From Takakia lepidozioides (lineage: Eukaryota; Plantae; Bryophyta): a stretch of DNA of 64,000 bases. The number at the start of each line of letters is the position of its first letter. The stretch's first letter is position 1. The stretch covers positions 5,642,001 through 5,706,000 of the forward strand of contig CM060731.1 in the NCBI GenBank assembly GCA_030704615.1, given 5' to 3'. The translations under genes and the position numbers were made by a program. The notes under the pieces were generated by a model. That model worked only from the letters and a program-made list of their open reading frames with translations. It ran no database searches and had not been told where the DNA came from. This document shows, piece after piece, positions 49,225 through 61,152 of the stretch.

Positions 49225-52200
49225 TTAATCTTGAAAATCATCGGAATCCTCATCCTGTTCTAGACTGTCCTGCTCCTCCTCCACCCCCTCAGTGCCTCTC
49301 TCATCTCCAGCGGACTGCTCGTTGGCCAGGCTTTCGAAAATCCCATCTTCCGCTTGCGGAACTGTCCATCTCACCTCCGTTGGGTCGTCTTCCTCCCTGT
49401 CTGCGTCGCTCTCATCCGCTGAATCACATATGTACTTTCGTACCCGTCTACCTGTCTGAGCTGCTGCCAACTCTTTCCTTATCCTTCTGTCCTCCCTAGC
49501 CCTCTCCAAAATCTGCTCTACTTTACTGGGATTCTCACTTCTTCTAATCGCTGTATTTGCGAGTTTAGCTGCATAACTAGGAAGGGAGTAGTCCCTCACC
49601 GGGCTCGTCATGAAGTCGGCCCTCGCAAAGAACGGGACATTCTTCCTGGCAGGAAGTGTAGGCCCTACATGTTTCGACCCGGACCCTGCAATCCTGCACA
49701 TGACAATCATCAACGAGACTAATGAGAACCACAGTCGGGAAATTCCTTTGACATAAATGACCCAGAAGGCTTTGCAAACTTACAATGTTTGCACTCACTC
49801 GTATTCCGGGTTCTCCTCTGCATCAATGTCCACTGTGTCTTCCTCGGACTCCGACGAATCCGAGGAGACTTCCGCTCTGTCGGGAGCCTTCACATTCCGT
49901 TGCAGCCCCTCCAGATGGGATCCCCACACGGATGAATCCTCCTCGTAGGCAAAGAGGTGCCGGTCGGAAAACCGCCCAGCCCACATTGAGGCACCTGTTA
50001 CAATGCCATCCACACATTACCACATGGCGCTTCAGATGTTGCGAACTACATCCTAACGAGAATTTGCAGAACAGCAGAGATCAAGATTCTGCATACCTGT
50101 CCCACAGATGAGGTCCAGCACTGTGCCCTCCACGTCTGTGCATGTCTCCATAATTGTCTGAATGAAGGCAGGGCTCCGAGTCCGTGAGTACCGCAGGGGT
50201 TCCGTTGAAGTGAGGCTATGAGGGAGAAGTTCCTTGGGAACGTTGTTGAACAGAACGTCGTAATCGAGTGGGTCGCAGTTCGGGTCAACCTTTCCTCCCT
50301 CCTTCCGGAAAGCAAAGGTGGAGTTTTCCTTCACAAAGCAGTATGCATCGAACTGCTTCGTCTGCATACACAGGGGGAAAATGATTAGAAACGAATGCGG
50401 CACCGCATTTGAAAGCACCCAAGCAAATGAATGGACGAGTGCCAGTGTCGTAATCACCTTCTTCCCTTCCGACCGAAGGCCCAGTGTGTTGATGCACGTC
50501 CACTTCTTTTCAGAATCGGGACGGCGCTCTTGCGGGTCCACTTCGCAATTCCTGTCTGAGTGTTTTTTCCTCTGCTCGCCAGGACAACCACACAGCCTCT
50601 GTCGTCCAACACCATGCGGGCAAGCCCGAATCCTTTCTTCCAAAAGTCCTCCGAGTACCTGTTCCAAGATGGCAAAGCTTGCAGTCCTTCCACAGGCTCT
50701 CCGTCCGGAATATCCAAGATGATCATATCGCAAGACCACTCGGTGGCATTTCCGCCCCTCCTACAATCCTTGTCTGCACACACCCTCTCAAAGAACGAGA
50801 CCATATTCTGAAATCCTGGGGTGTCGGAAGGCTCTTCGGCAGTCGCCTTCTTCAGTGCTCTGCCCTTCAGACCCTCCATGGTCTCATGTATGCCAACTTG
50901 GCTGCCCGTCCATCCAAAGCCGCCGCCAAGAAACTCTCATTTACACACTGGACTACTTTCGGGAGCCACTTTCGGCCTCTTCATTTCCACCGGCTCGAAA
51001 GGGTGCCCCCCTGGGGGTTGAAGAGTGCCTTCTTTGCCGAGCCAGTTCTCGTGCCTCTCGTGACAACGGTGGGCACAGGGGAGGCAGCCTGCGTTTGGGT
51101 GGGTGGGCTGGTTGCAAAGTCTCCATCGGAGTCCTCTTCCTCACCCTCTTCCTGAACAGGCTGTTTCTGCTTCTTCGTTTGGCGGGTGTCACAACAGCTG
51201 CTCCTTGCTGGCGAGTCCTCTTCTTCGACCCCTTCTGTTGGGCCTGCACAGCTGCATCCACCGTCTTTTGTGCCATCTCAGCTGCCTTTCTGGATTCTTC
51301 CAGAGCAGCAGATTCCTTTGCCGACTTGGCCCAGCAGGGACACGTCTTTCCTTTCTCTCTCTTCTGCCAAGGCGTGCAGATCTTTCTCAGACTCGTCAAC
51401 AATACCGCCAGACATGTCCAGGTACCACGGGCATCCAACGAGATGCGCGGGATGCCATTGTTTCTGCATCTCGGGTGTGTAGACACAGCTTGGGCCCGCC
51501 ACGGTCCAAGCCATGAAGAACGGGGCTCTTGAGCCAGGGCCCCTGTCTGAAGGAGCACGTATTTCATATACCTGCATGCAGTCAGCATGCGTGAGCAAAA
51601 GTTGAGACCAACCTACTGGCAGAGTGCCACCGAAAACATAAAATGCGAATGCGGTGCCGCATTTCCGAGACAAACCTCGTAACCAGGCTTCGCATACAAG
51701 GGCAGCTGTGCTTCACCTGTAAACAATTCGCATTGCAGCTTTCCCCGCTCCCTCCTGATGTGTAAACTCCACGCTCCTTCTTGCTGTCTGTAGCTCTCTG
51801 GCGAAAAGGTTGTCCTTGTACGCACATCTGAAACGTGTCACGTAGTCTTCCAATGTCTGTGTTCCATCCATTTGACGTACAAGCCGAACGAATTGTGTGC
51901 ATTACGACTTGCTCCTTCGCATTCGACATTACCTGCCATTCCAAATGCATTGTCACGTAGCAGTTCAGGGAATTCATGTCAGAAAAGCAAATCTGGGGAA
52001 GTACCTTGAATTACCTGGAACCACCAAGCATACGTTGAGCCACACATCCACTGCAGGGTCGGAAACTTCCAGTGGAAAAGACCACTTGTCCTTATGCTCT
52101 CGGATGCATTCCAGATCGACAGCCACCGTGTCTGCCATTTCCGATCCAATGTCAGTGGCTGGAAGAGAGTGGCTATTGCTAGGAAGGAAATTCAGTGCAT

Positions 52201-52785
52201 TGAAACCTCACCTTCTCTTTCGCCTCCACACATGCCGTTGAGAGGTGATGCAGTTTCTCCAATTGCATGGTCGGCTGCATGCCCGAGAATAGTGTTTTGC
52301 AATCTCGGGGATGAAGTCCTTTCCAAGTGCCGGATCTGCAATTGCCACCAGCTTCACAAGCTTGACTTGTATTGGTCTGGACTTGACACCGGCTTCCTTC
52401 AAGTGCTCAGTCAATGACTGCAACGTTTTCACCTGCCCCTCACTTTCCATGAAGAAGCGTTTGGCTGGCCAAATCAGATTGATGTTGACTGCCAACAAAA
52501 AACATGCAGAAGAAGCGTTACATTCGATCATGTGGAAACATTACTGGAATTGGGGTTTTGGGGAAGGATGAGCAGAGGGAAATTGGAGCACGACTTACTT
52601 CGTATATCACCTCACCATTCCATCCATAGTGAGACGATACAATGTACGGTCTGTTTTGCAACGGCTTTCTGAAATGAGCGCAGCTCCAGCATTTCCGCAA
52701 ACATCGAGGATCAGTAAGACCAGTTTTCCCACCTGTACAGGGAATATGTGCCATGTGGGTATGCAAGTACGATTCTCAGTGAACC
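49225..52785 (-). pseudogene. Copy A: spliced gene with a beta-class N4/N6 DNA-methyltransferase-like domain and acidic tail (5' part lost in the gap)
   Basis: CDMIILDIPDG (50733-50700, DPPY position); FWKKGFGLARMVLDDRGCVVVL; RSPAFIQTIMETCTDVEGTVLDLICGTG|ASMWAGRFSDRHLFAYEED across GT-AG intron 50096-49995. Several frameshifts. Confidence 0.7.
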
Positions 52786-52886
52786 TGCAAGGGCACACTC
52801 TCCAGGTAAGTACACGGAAGCACGGGAAATCAAACCAGAATGGAAACCGAAATGCGGCACCGCATTTCGAATTGTGCTAGGGAGGG

Positions 52887-53386
52887 NNNNNNNNNNNNNN
52901 NNNNNNNNNNNNNNNNNNNNNNNNNNNNNNNNNNNNNNNNNNNNNNNNNNNNNNNNNNNNNNNNNNNNNNNNNNNNNNNNNNNNNNNNNNNNNNNNNNNN
53001 NNNNNNNNNNNNNNNNNNNNNNNNNNNNNNNNNNNNNNNNNNNNNNNNNNNNNNNNNNNNNNNNNNNNNNNNNNNNNNNNNNNNNNNNNNNNNNNNNNNN
53101 NNNNNNNNNNNNNNNNNNNNNNNNNNNNNNNNNNNNNNNNNNNNNNNNNNNNNNNNNNNNNNNNNNNNNNNNNNNNNNNNNNNNNNNNNNNNNNNNNNNN
53201 NNNNNNNNNNNNNNNNNNNNNNNNNNNNNNNNNNNNNNNNNNNNNNNNNNNNNNNNNNNNNNNNNNNNNNNNNNNNNNNNNNNNNNNNNNNNNNNNNNNN
53301 NNNNNNNNNNNNNNNNNNNNNNNNNNNNNNNNNNNNNNNNNNNNNNNNNNNNNNNNNNNNNNNNNNNNNNNNNNNNNNNNNNNNNN
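52887..53386. other. Assembly gap (500 N)
   Basis: Run of N. Confidence 1.
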
Positions 53387-56300
53387 CGCAGTGAGGTCCA
53401 GAATCCACCCTTGGACATCCGAGCACGTCTCCATGAGGGTTGGATGAAAGCAGGGATCCGGGTCCGGTGTACCGCCACGGTTTGCCTGTCTTGGTCCTTC
53501 GGCATTACTGGAGTGGGGCACATAGTTGTAGAGGACATCGTAGGTTACAGGGTCCACAGCGGCATCAACAAGACGACCGTCGTTGCGGAATTTGAACATA
53601 GACCCTCTCTTCACAAAGCAATATGCCTCAAACACCAATGTCTGCACATCCAACAAAGAAGGGATCAACTCCAGGGTCTACTTAACATACACACAATATG
53701 AAGTGAATGCAATAGATTGATAACTTACACTTTGGCCCTCTGTCGCAACCCATGTGTACTGATGCAGAACCATTTTCTGAGGAGGACCGGTGGGTGACAC
53801 TTTTGGGTGTCCACCTTGCCACCGCATTCTCTGTGGTCTTCCCTCTCGTGGCAAGGACAACCACAATCCACCGTCATCCAGAAGCATCCCCGCCAGCCCA
53901 AACCCGGCTTTCAGTAGTACTCAGTAAACCTGTTCCAGGTGGGGCACACCATCCAGGCCCTCCAGCAGCTCCCCATCTGGAATGTCGAGGAGAATCATGT
54001 CGCAAGCTCTCTCCACCTCAACCCCCCCCCCGAGTGCTCTTGCAATTCGTGCTCACAGCCGTGAAGAATTCCATGGCTTCAAAAACCAGGGGTGGTATTT
54101 AGGCTCTGACTGCCAGCCCTTTTCGGCTTTCCCCTTCTGCTCCGCCAGAGACTTCTGTGTGCCACCTTCTCGCCCTGGCAGCGAGAGAGCGTCAAGGAAG
54201 CTCTCATTGACGCATTGGATGATGGTTGGAGGTTCTAGCTTTGGCCTGTGCGTAAACGTCACCGCGAATACCGCCGTTGTAGGCTCGCCCTCAAATGCCA
54301 ACTTCTTGGCAGAGCCAGTCCCACTCCGAGCTGACTTGGGAACCCGGACGACCGGTGACTGGTAGGAGCAAACAGCAGTTGCAAGACCTTGAACAAAGTC
54401 GTTCGTCCAAGTCACTCTCTGGTCCCCTCCTGCGCCTCCTCGATGCCCCGATGGTTTTCTTCTTTTTGGGTGTTACTGCACTCACCTGTTTCCTTGTCCT
54501 TTCCTTTGGCCTTTACTCTTCTCATGCAATTCTCCTGAATTCCTGCCTAAGCAAGCTCTGCCGCTTTCCTGGAGTTGCAAGCGCTTTTGCCTCTTTTGCA
54601 CCCAACGGAGGCAGCGGAGCCCGGTTTCGTAGAATTCAGCATCCAGCTTCAATTGAAACTCGGATGGGTCGAGCGAGCCGGGCGGAAGGTCCACATACCA
54701 AGGGCAATCACGCAAATGTTCCAGATGCCACTCCTTCACAATATCGTCAGTGTACATGGAGTCAGCCCCAGGGTTCCTCCATGCCAGGAAGAATGGTGGC
54801 TCGAAAAACAGATGACCTTTCTCCAAAAGGGAGAACTTGCAGTACCTGCATTCATGAAAAAACACAATGAGGGTCCCTGAAATGCATATTCGGCACCATT
54901 TCCCAGGTTGGGGCGGATGTGAGTGGGCCTAGAAATGGAAAAAATGGCGCCGAATTTCGGTTTTCGGTGACTGCCACCCTAGGAACTTAGCATTGGGGAG
55001 CCTTGAACTGGAAATTCGGCGCCATTTTTCCCGGTTTGGCCCGAAGATGGCTAAGTCCCAAACCGCAATAGGGCCTACAACTGGCCGAATTTCCAGTTCA
55101 GGGCCAGCCACCCTAGGTTTCCATCGAAGTGAAGTCAATACCTGGGGATGTGTACATCATCGTGTTCAATCCGATCTCCAAATGTGGCAGACGCGCCCGA
55201 AAATGGCTAAGTCCCTGAACGGCAATAGGGCCTAGAACTGGAAAATGGCGCCGAATTTCCTGTTCAGGGCCAGCCAGTAGGGACTTAGCCCGAAAATGGC
55301 CAAGTCCCTGAACGGAGGGCCTAGAACTGGAAAATGGCGCCGGATTCCCTGTTCAGGGCCAGCCAGTCTAGGGACTTAGCCCGAAAATGGCCAAGTCCCT
55401 GAACGGCAATAGGGCCTGGAACTGGAAAATGGCGCCGAATTTCCAGTTCCGGGCCAGCCAGTCTAGGGACTTAGCCCGAAAATGGTCAAGTCCCTGAACG
55501 GCAATAGGGCTAGAACTGGAAAATGACGCCGAATTTCCAGTTCAGGGCCAGCCAGTCTAGGGACTTAGCCATTTTCGGAGCCCTGACTGGAAATTCGGCG
55601 CCATTTTCCCTAACGCACATGAGGCCTCTAACATCCTGAAATGCAAGGACTTGAAAGAAAGGCAGCGCGTATGTACCTGTACAGAAGGCGCATTGCTGCT
55701 TTGTCCGCGTTCGGCTGGTCGGTGAACTCGTGGCTCCGGCGAGCATCTGCTATCTCCCGAAAGAATAGGTTGGTTTTGTAGAGCAGAAAGTACCTCGTCA
55801 CATAGTCACGTAGGCTCTCTGCTGCAGGAGATATCTCCATCTTGAACTGATGTGCTTGTGTGTCCAGCTGCTCTTGCGCATTCGTCGTCACCTGTGGAGA
55901 TTCTCCATCAGATCGCTTTCCTGAAAAAATACAATGAATCCACCCCCTACTAGAGTAGAAGCCCCAAACGAAGCGTGGGGAAGTACCTGAAACCACCATG
56001 TCATGCGGTTCATCCACATGTCGAATGTGGGGTTAGAGAGTTTGTCCGGTTTGGGAAGCTCCACATGTCCCTGGTACTTGGGAACCATTCCAGATTTGGA
56101 GCCACCGGGTTGTCCACCACCCAGCATATCGTAAGCGCCAAACACCACAAAAAGAGTGTTGCCACCACAATTTGGTAAGAATGTATCACCTTTTCTGTTG
56201 CATCCACACAGGATGTGGCTAGACGATGGAGCTTCTCCAATGTCATCGTGGGCTTCAGAGCGCGAGAGTAGTGCTTCCCCACCTCCACCAGAAAGTCGGC

Positions 56301-58332
56301 ACCAAGGGCGGGATCAGCTATGGCCACGTACTTTACCATCCGCGACTTGTACTTTATGCGGGCCCTCACCTCCGCAGCTTGACATACGATTCGAGTGCCG
56401 GGAGGGTTGGATTCTTCTCCTCTGACTCCATGTAGAACCTCCGCGCATGTGCCAAATCCTGCTGTATTTTCGTCTGTCAAGAATGCGCACATAAGATTAG
56501 AGATCCTGCTCAACAAAATTTCTTCTATTGGGGGAGGAGATTAGAAATCACGGTGAAGACCTTTTCTTCTATTGGGGGAGGAGAGACAGATTAGCTCAAC
56601 AAAACTGTCAGGAGCTTTACCCGAAATATGTAGTCCACCATGGCGTCGACGCTCAGCCTATACCAGGTTCTGTCTGCCTTTGCCTCCGACTTGCGCAGGA
56701 GGTCGGCACTGAGGGAATTGGCAAACTCTTGCACCCCCTGCTTCCCGACATCCTTCACTCGGAGAGCATATGGGACAAGTTGGTGGCAATGAAGGCATTC
56801 TCAGTCACCCTGCAGTGCCACATTTCCATCAAACAATACTGAAATGGGAATTTTCATCATATATGAGGATTCGCAATGAATGAAATGACTTCCAAATTCA
56901 AAGTCCAAAGCGAGAGGCGTTGTAACTTACGAGTTGATGTCCGCCATTGCAGCTTTGAGAAGACTGCGATCTTGGGCCCCGCAAACCACAACACAATCCA
57001 CGGCGAAATGCCAATCGAGGTCGTTGGGTGGGCTTGGGCAATGTGCTCCATCCATGCCAGGAGGCGATGATTGCCGTCCCACACGTAGAACATCTTACCG
57101 GACAAGTGCTGGAAAAGAGGATCACTAGCAATCGATCTCTCGAACTCTCATTTCGCGTTTGCCAATGGGGACCCCATTTGTCACCTCATCGGAAGTGTGG
57201 GCACGGGAAATCCGTGGTCGTTCTCAATGGAAACGTAAAACGCGGCAGACCCATTCGATATCCATCCCGGAAAGAGAATTTCAGCTTGTCGATATCGCCT
57301 GGAGGGCAGGTCTCACCACCTGCAATGACACCAAGCGGCAAAGGGGAATTCGAAGCTTGGCCGGGTACACCATGCCCCCCACACCCTGCCAATGTTGCTG
57401 TGGGTTGCCTCCAACATCTTGGCAGCGGCCAACTTCATATCCGCCTCAGACATGACGTCTGCTGCAGAGGGGTTTTCCGGCAGCCCACCAGGACCGCCAA
57501 ATCCAGCCTGTATGCTCCGGGTTTGGGGCCTGGGGATGTCCGGGAGGATGTCATCCTGGTCAGAAAGCTCCCTGTCGTCCTCCTCAACAGGGTCAGCACC
57601 TGCGAAACCACCTCCAGCACTCTCCCCATCTCTACTGCCCTCTCCCTGGCTTCACCTCGAACTTGCACAATCCGTGCTCTTTCTGGTGTTTTTTCCTCTC
57701 CTCCACTCTCCACCGTATGGGTAATTGCAGGGGCTGCTCTTGCCCGCGATGGTCTAACCGGTGCGTTACTGCCCTCTTTGTGGTGTCTTGGAGGGATCCA
57801 CCGTCTCTGTGCGTCCTCGCTTACATTGGCATCTGTCATTGGGCCCCCTGGCCTCTTCAGTGGCCTTTTCTCTTTCCTCCTGGCTAGCATTCTGTCTCGT
57901 CTATTCTTTTGCCCTCTCTTTTGCCCTCTCACGGGCTTTCTGTTTCTTACTAGGGCTAGCAGCAGGGGAGCCCTCCAGGACGACCACCTTTGATTGAGGC
58001 GAACTGACACCCTCGCGTGCACTGCTCACTCCCCCCTCCGCAGCCCGTGACGGCTCTCTCGCCGGGGATTGCATGTGCTTAGCTTTCTTCTTTTTCTTTG
58101 CGTGGGCGGGCCCTACTGCATGTGCATCAACAACCTCCATTGCCGGATCTGCTGTCCTCATGTCCTCACGCCCTTCACCTGCCATGCCGCCTGCACCAAC
58201 CTCCCCAATGCCTATTCTGTCGTACTCTCGTTGCAAGTCATCCCGTCCACCAACAAAAGGTTTAAGTTTGCCCTCTCGCCCCAAGTTGGGCGATTCAAAC
58301 ATGCGATGAGTTGGAGCTGTCGATGATACCAC
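53387..58332 (-). pseudogene. Copy B: spliced gene, low-complexity N-terminus + ParB/Srx-like domain + helical region + N4/N6 MTase-like domain (3' end lost in the gap)
   Basis: FYVWDGNHRLLAW at 57090-57052; CDMILLDIPDG at 54004-53972; TLMETCSDVQGWILDLTA ends at the gap. Colinear with copy A (VAIADPALG.DF..E..KHYSRA; PFF.AW..G....T...K.WH..HL..CPWY.D). Many frameshifts. Confidence 0.7.
54885..55610. repeat. Intronic ~90-bp tandem repeats built on the palindrome GAACTGGAAAATGGCGCCGAATTTCCAGTTC
   Basis: Units at ~55231, 55321, 55416 and 55510, plus partial copies. Confidence 0.9.
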
Positions 58333-59079
58333 CAGCGTGCGGGCTCGTCGTCACTCTGTCATTCCCAAAAATCGTGAGAAAACCAACATCGGTGCCAAAA
58401 CCAGCATCGCAACGAGCAACGCAACCACCATAGCAAACAATCGTGTAACAAAAATGAAAACATAACAAGTTTAGGAAGTATGGAGAGCCATGCAACAACA
58501 ATGAAAACAAATGCAACCATTGCCTGAGAATGACATGCACAAGCAGCCTTCTCCAGAGCTGCCGGATTTGCACACGCATTGCAAACAATCTAAGGTTCAC
58601 TCAACTATCTAAGGTTCACTCATCCAGCGAAGCCAGGATGAAGATGCAAAAACAAAGCGAGGCAACAAGCGAAAGCGAAAGCGAAAGCAAGCGAAATTGA
58701 ACAAAGCGAAAGCAGAAGTGGCTTGCCTGAGAGTACTCGGCTTCAGTTGGCGCGGGTTGTGAGCAAGACACTGGAATCTCCTGCTGGAGCTTCAGTTTGG
58801 CCATGCGAGAGATTGGCCGTCGTCCGTAGTACAGAGCTTTCAACTTCCGCCGCGGTCTGGATGTGAGGTCTCTCTCAGGAGAGCCACGCCCTTCAGGCGG
58901 CATAAGTCCCAGCCAAAATGGAAAAAGATCTCCGTTTTTGGGGTACATGGTAGCATGTTAAGCCTCATCAGGGTACGTATCCAGAAGCCACGCCCATGTG
59001 GAAATGGCGGTGGACATTTATTGCCCAACTGCGCAATTAAATGTCGGATGAAGCCCTCCATGTCGGATGAAAATCGACG

Positions 59080-60880
59080 GAACTCGGCCCGGAATTTCCA
59101 ACGTAGAGGTAATTCGGAGCGCTGCAGGATGGAAATCCGGCGCCGGATTTCCATCCGCGCAGGTAGGGCGGCGCGCCAAATTTCCCTCACGCACGTAATT
59201 CGGAAGCGGATGGATGGAAATCCGACGCCGGATTTCCATCCGCGCAGGTAGGGCGGCGCGCCAAATTTCCCTCACGCAGGTAATTCGGAAGCGGATGGAT
59301 GGAAATCCGGCACCGGATTTCCATCCGCGCAGGTAGGGCGGTGCGCGAAATTTCCCTCAAGCAGGTAATTCGGAGGCGGATGGATGGAAATCCGGCGCCG
59401 GATTTCCATCCGCAAGGTTGGTCGGAGAGCGGATGGATGGGAATCCGGCGCCGAATTTCCATCCTGCAGGTAATTCGAATCCCGGATGGATGGAAATCCG
59501 GCACCGAATTTCCATCCAGCAGGTAAGTGGAATCCCGGATGGATGGAAATCCGGCGCCGAATTTCCATCCAGCAGGTAAGTGGAATCCCGGATGGATGGA
59601 AATCCGGCGCCGAATTTTCATCCAGCAGGTAAGTCGGATCGCTGGCGTATGGATATTTGGCGCCGAATTTCCATTCGCCAGGTATTTCGAAGCGCTGAAT
59701 TACCTTCCTGCAGGTAATTCTGAGCGTGTCCGATTGATTTTTCGGCGAAAACAAACCTAACTGTTTGTTTTGTGGCTGAAGTGCACTTGTAGACACGTTT
59801 TTGTTGGAATCCTTGACTGCTAGAGGCAAATCGGAATAGCCTCGGACGGAAATTCGGCGCCGTTTTTCCATTCTGGGAGGTTTTTACGACTTCCTTTGAG
59901 GGGGCCCCGATGGAAATTCGGCGCCGAATTTCCATCCGGGGGATGGTCTCTGTCGGAGAGGTGCTGGCCTCTCCGCCGCTCTGTTGGATATTCGGTGCCG
60001 AATTTCCGTTCGGGGGGTTGAAATATGACGGCCATGGTGCCGGCCTCTCCCCCCTCCCCGACTGCATTGGAACGGCCCCGGATGGAAATTCGGCGCCGTT
60101 TTTCCATCTGGGGAGCTTTTATGTCGGCCAGTTTTCGGCCTGACCCCCCGACACGACTTCCTTTGGGGGGGCCCGGATGGAAATTCGGCGCCGAATCTCC
60201 ATCCAGGGGATGCTCTCTGTCGAACACGTGCCGGCCTCTACGCCCGAGGCGACTTCATCCGGGCGTCCCCTGTTGGATATTGGTGCCGAATTTCCGTCCG
60301 GGGGGGGTTGAAATGTGACGGCCAGGTGCCGGCCTCTCCCCCTCCCCGACTGCATCCGAACCGCCCCGGATGGAAATTCGGCGCCGTTTTTTCCATCTGG
60401 GGATGTTTTTATTGCGGCCAGTTTTCGGCCTGACCCCCCGACACGACTTCCTTTGGGGGGGCCCGGATGGAAATTTGGCGCCGAATCTCCATCCAGGGGA
60501 TATTCTCTGTTGCACACGCGCCGGCCTCTGCGCTTGAGGCGACTTCATCCGGGCTTCCCCTGTTGTATATTCGGTGCCGAATTTCCGTCCGGGGGTTGTA
60601 ATGTGAGGGCCAGATGGCGGCCTTTCCCCGAGCCGACTGCATCCGAAAGGCCTCGGATGGAAATTCGGCGCCGTTTTTCCATCCGCGGAGGTTTTTATGT
60701 CGGCCAGTTTTCGGCCTGACCCCCCGACAGGATTTCCTTTGGGGGGATCCGAATGGAAATTCGGCGCTGAATTTCCATCCGGGGGATGTTCTCTGTCGGA
60801 CAGGTGCCGACATCTCTGCCCTAGACGACTTCATCCGTGCGGCCCCTGTTGGATATTGGGTGCCGAATTTCCATTCGGGG
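59080..60880. repeat. Array of about 22 palindromes GGATGGAAAT(C/T)CGGCGCCG(G/A)ATTTCCATCC between the divergent genes
   Basis: ~87-bp units (59110-59410), ~49-bp units (59490-59640) and a ~288-bp higher-order unit with three palindromes (starts near 60084, 60372 and 60659). Confidence 0.95.
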
Positions 60881-61152
60881 GTAGTAATATGACGGCACGG
60901 TGCCGGCTTCTCCCCTTCAGCTGACATCGTCCGGACGGCCCCCCACTTTCTGACTGCATACCGTTGGCAGTTATTGCGCAAAGACCAGGGGCCGCATTTC
61001 GGAGACAAGGTTCATTAACACTCTGACTGTGGATTTTTGAGATAGTTGGCTCCCTGGATTTGGATCAGGCTTCGTCGCTCGGACAAATCGGCACCGCATT
61101 CCTTTCCATCGCTGCATCCCCCTTCTACCAAGGAGCTTCCCCACACGCCATC

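Noticed and set aside
52711-53701. Long ORFs in the track
   Set aside because: They read through the N gap.
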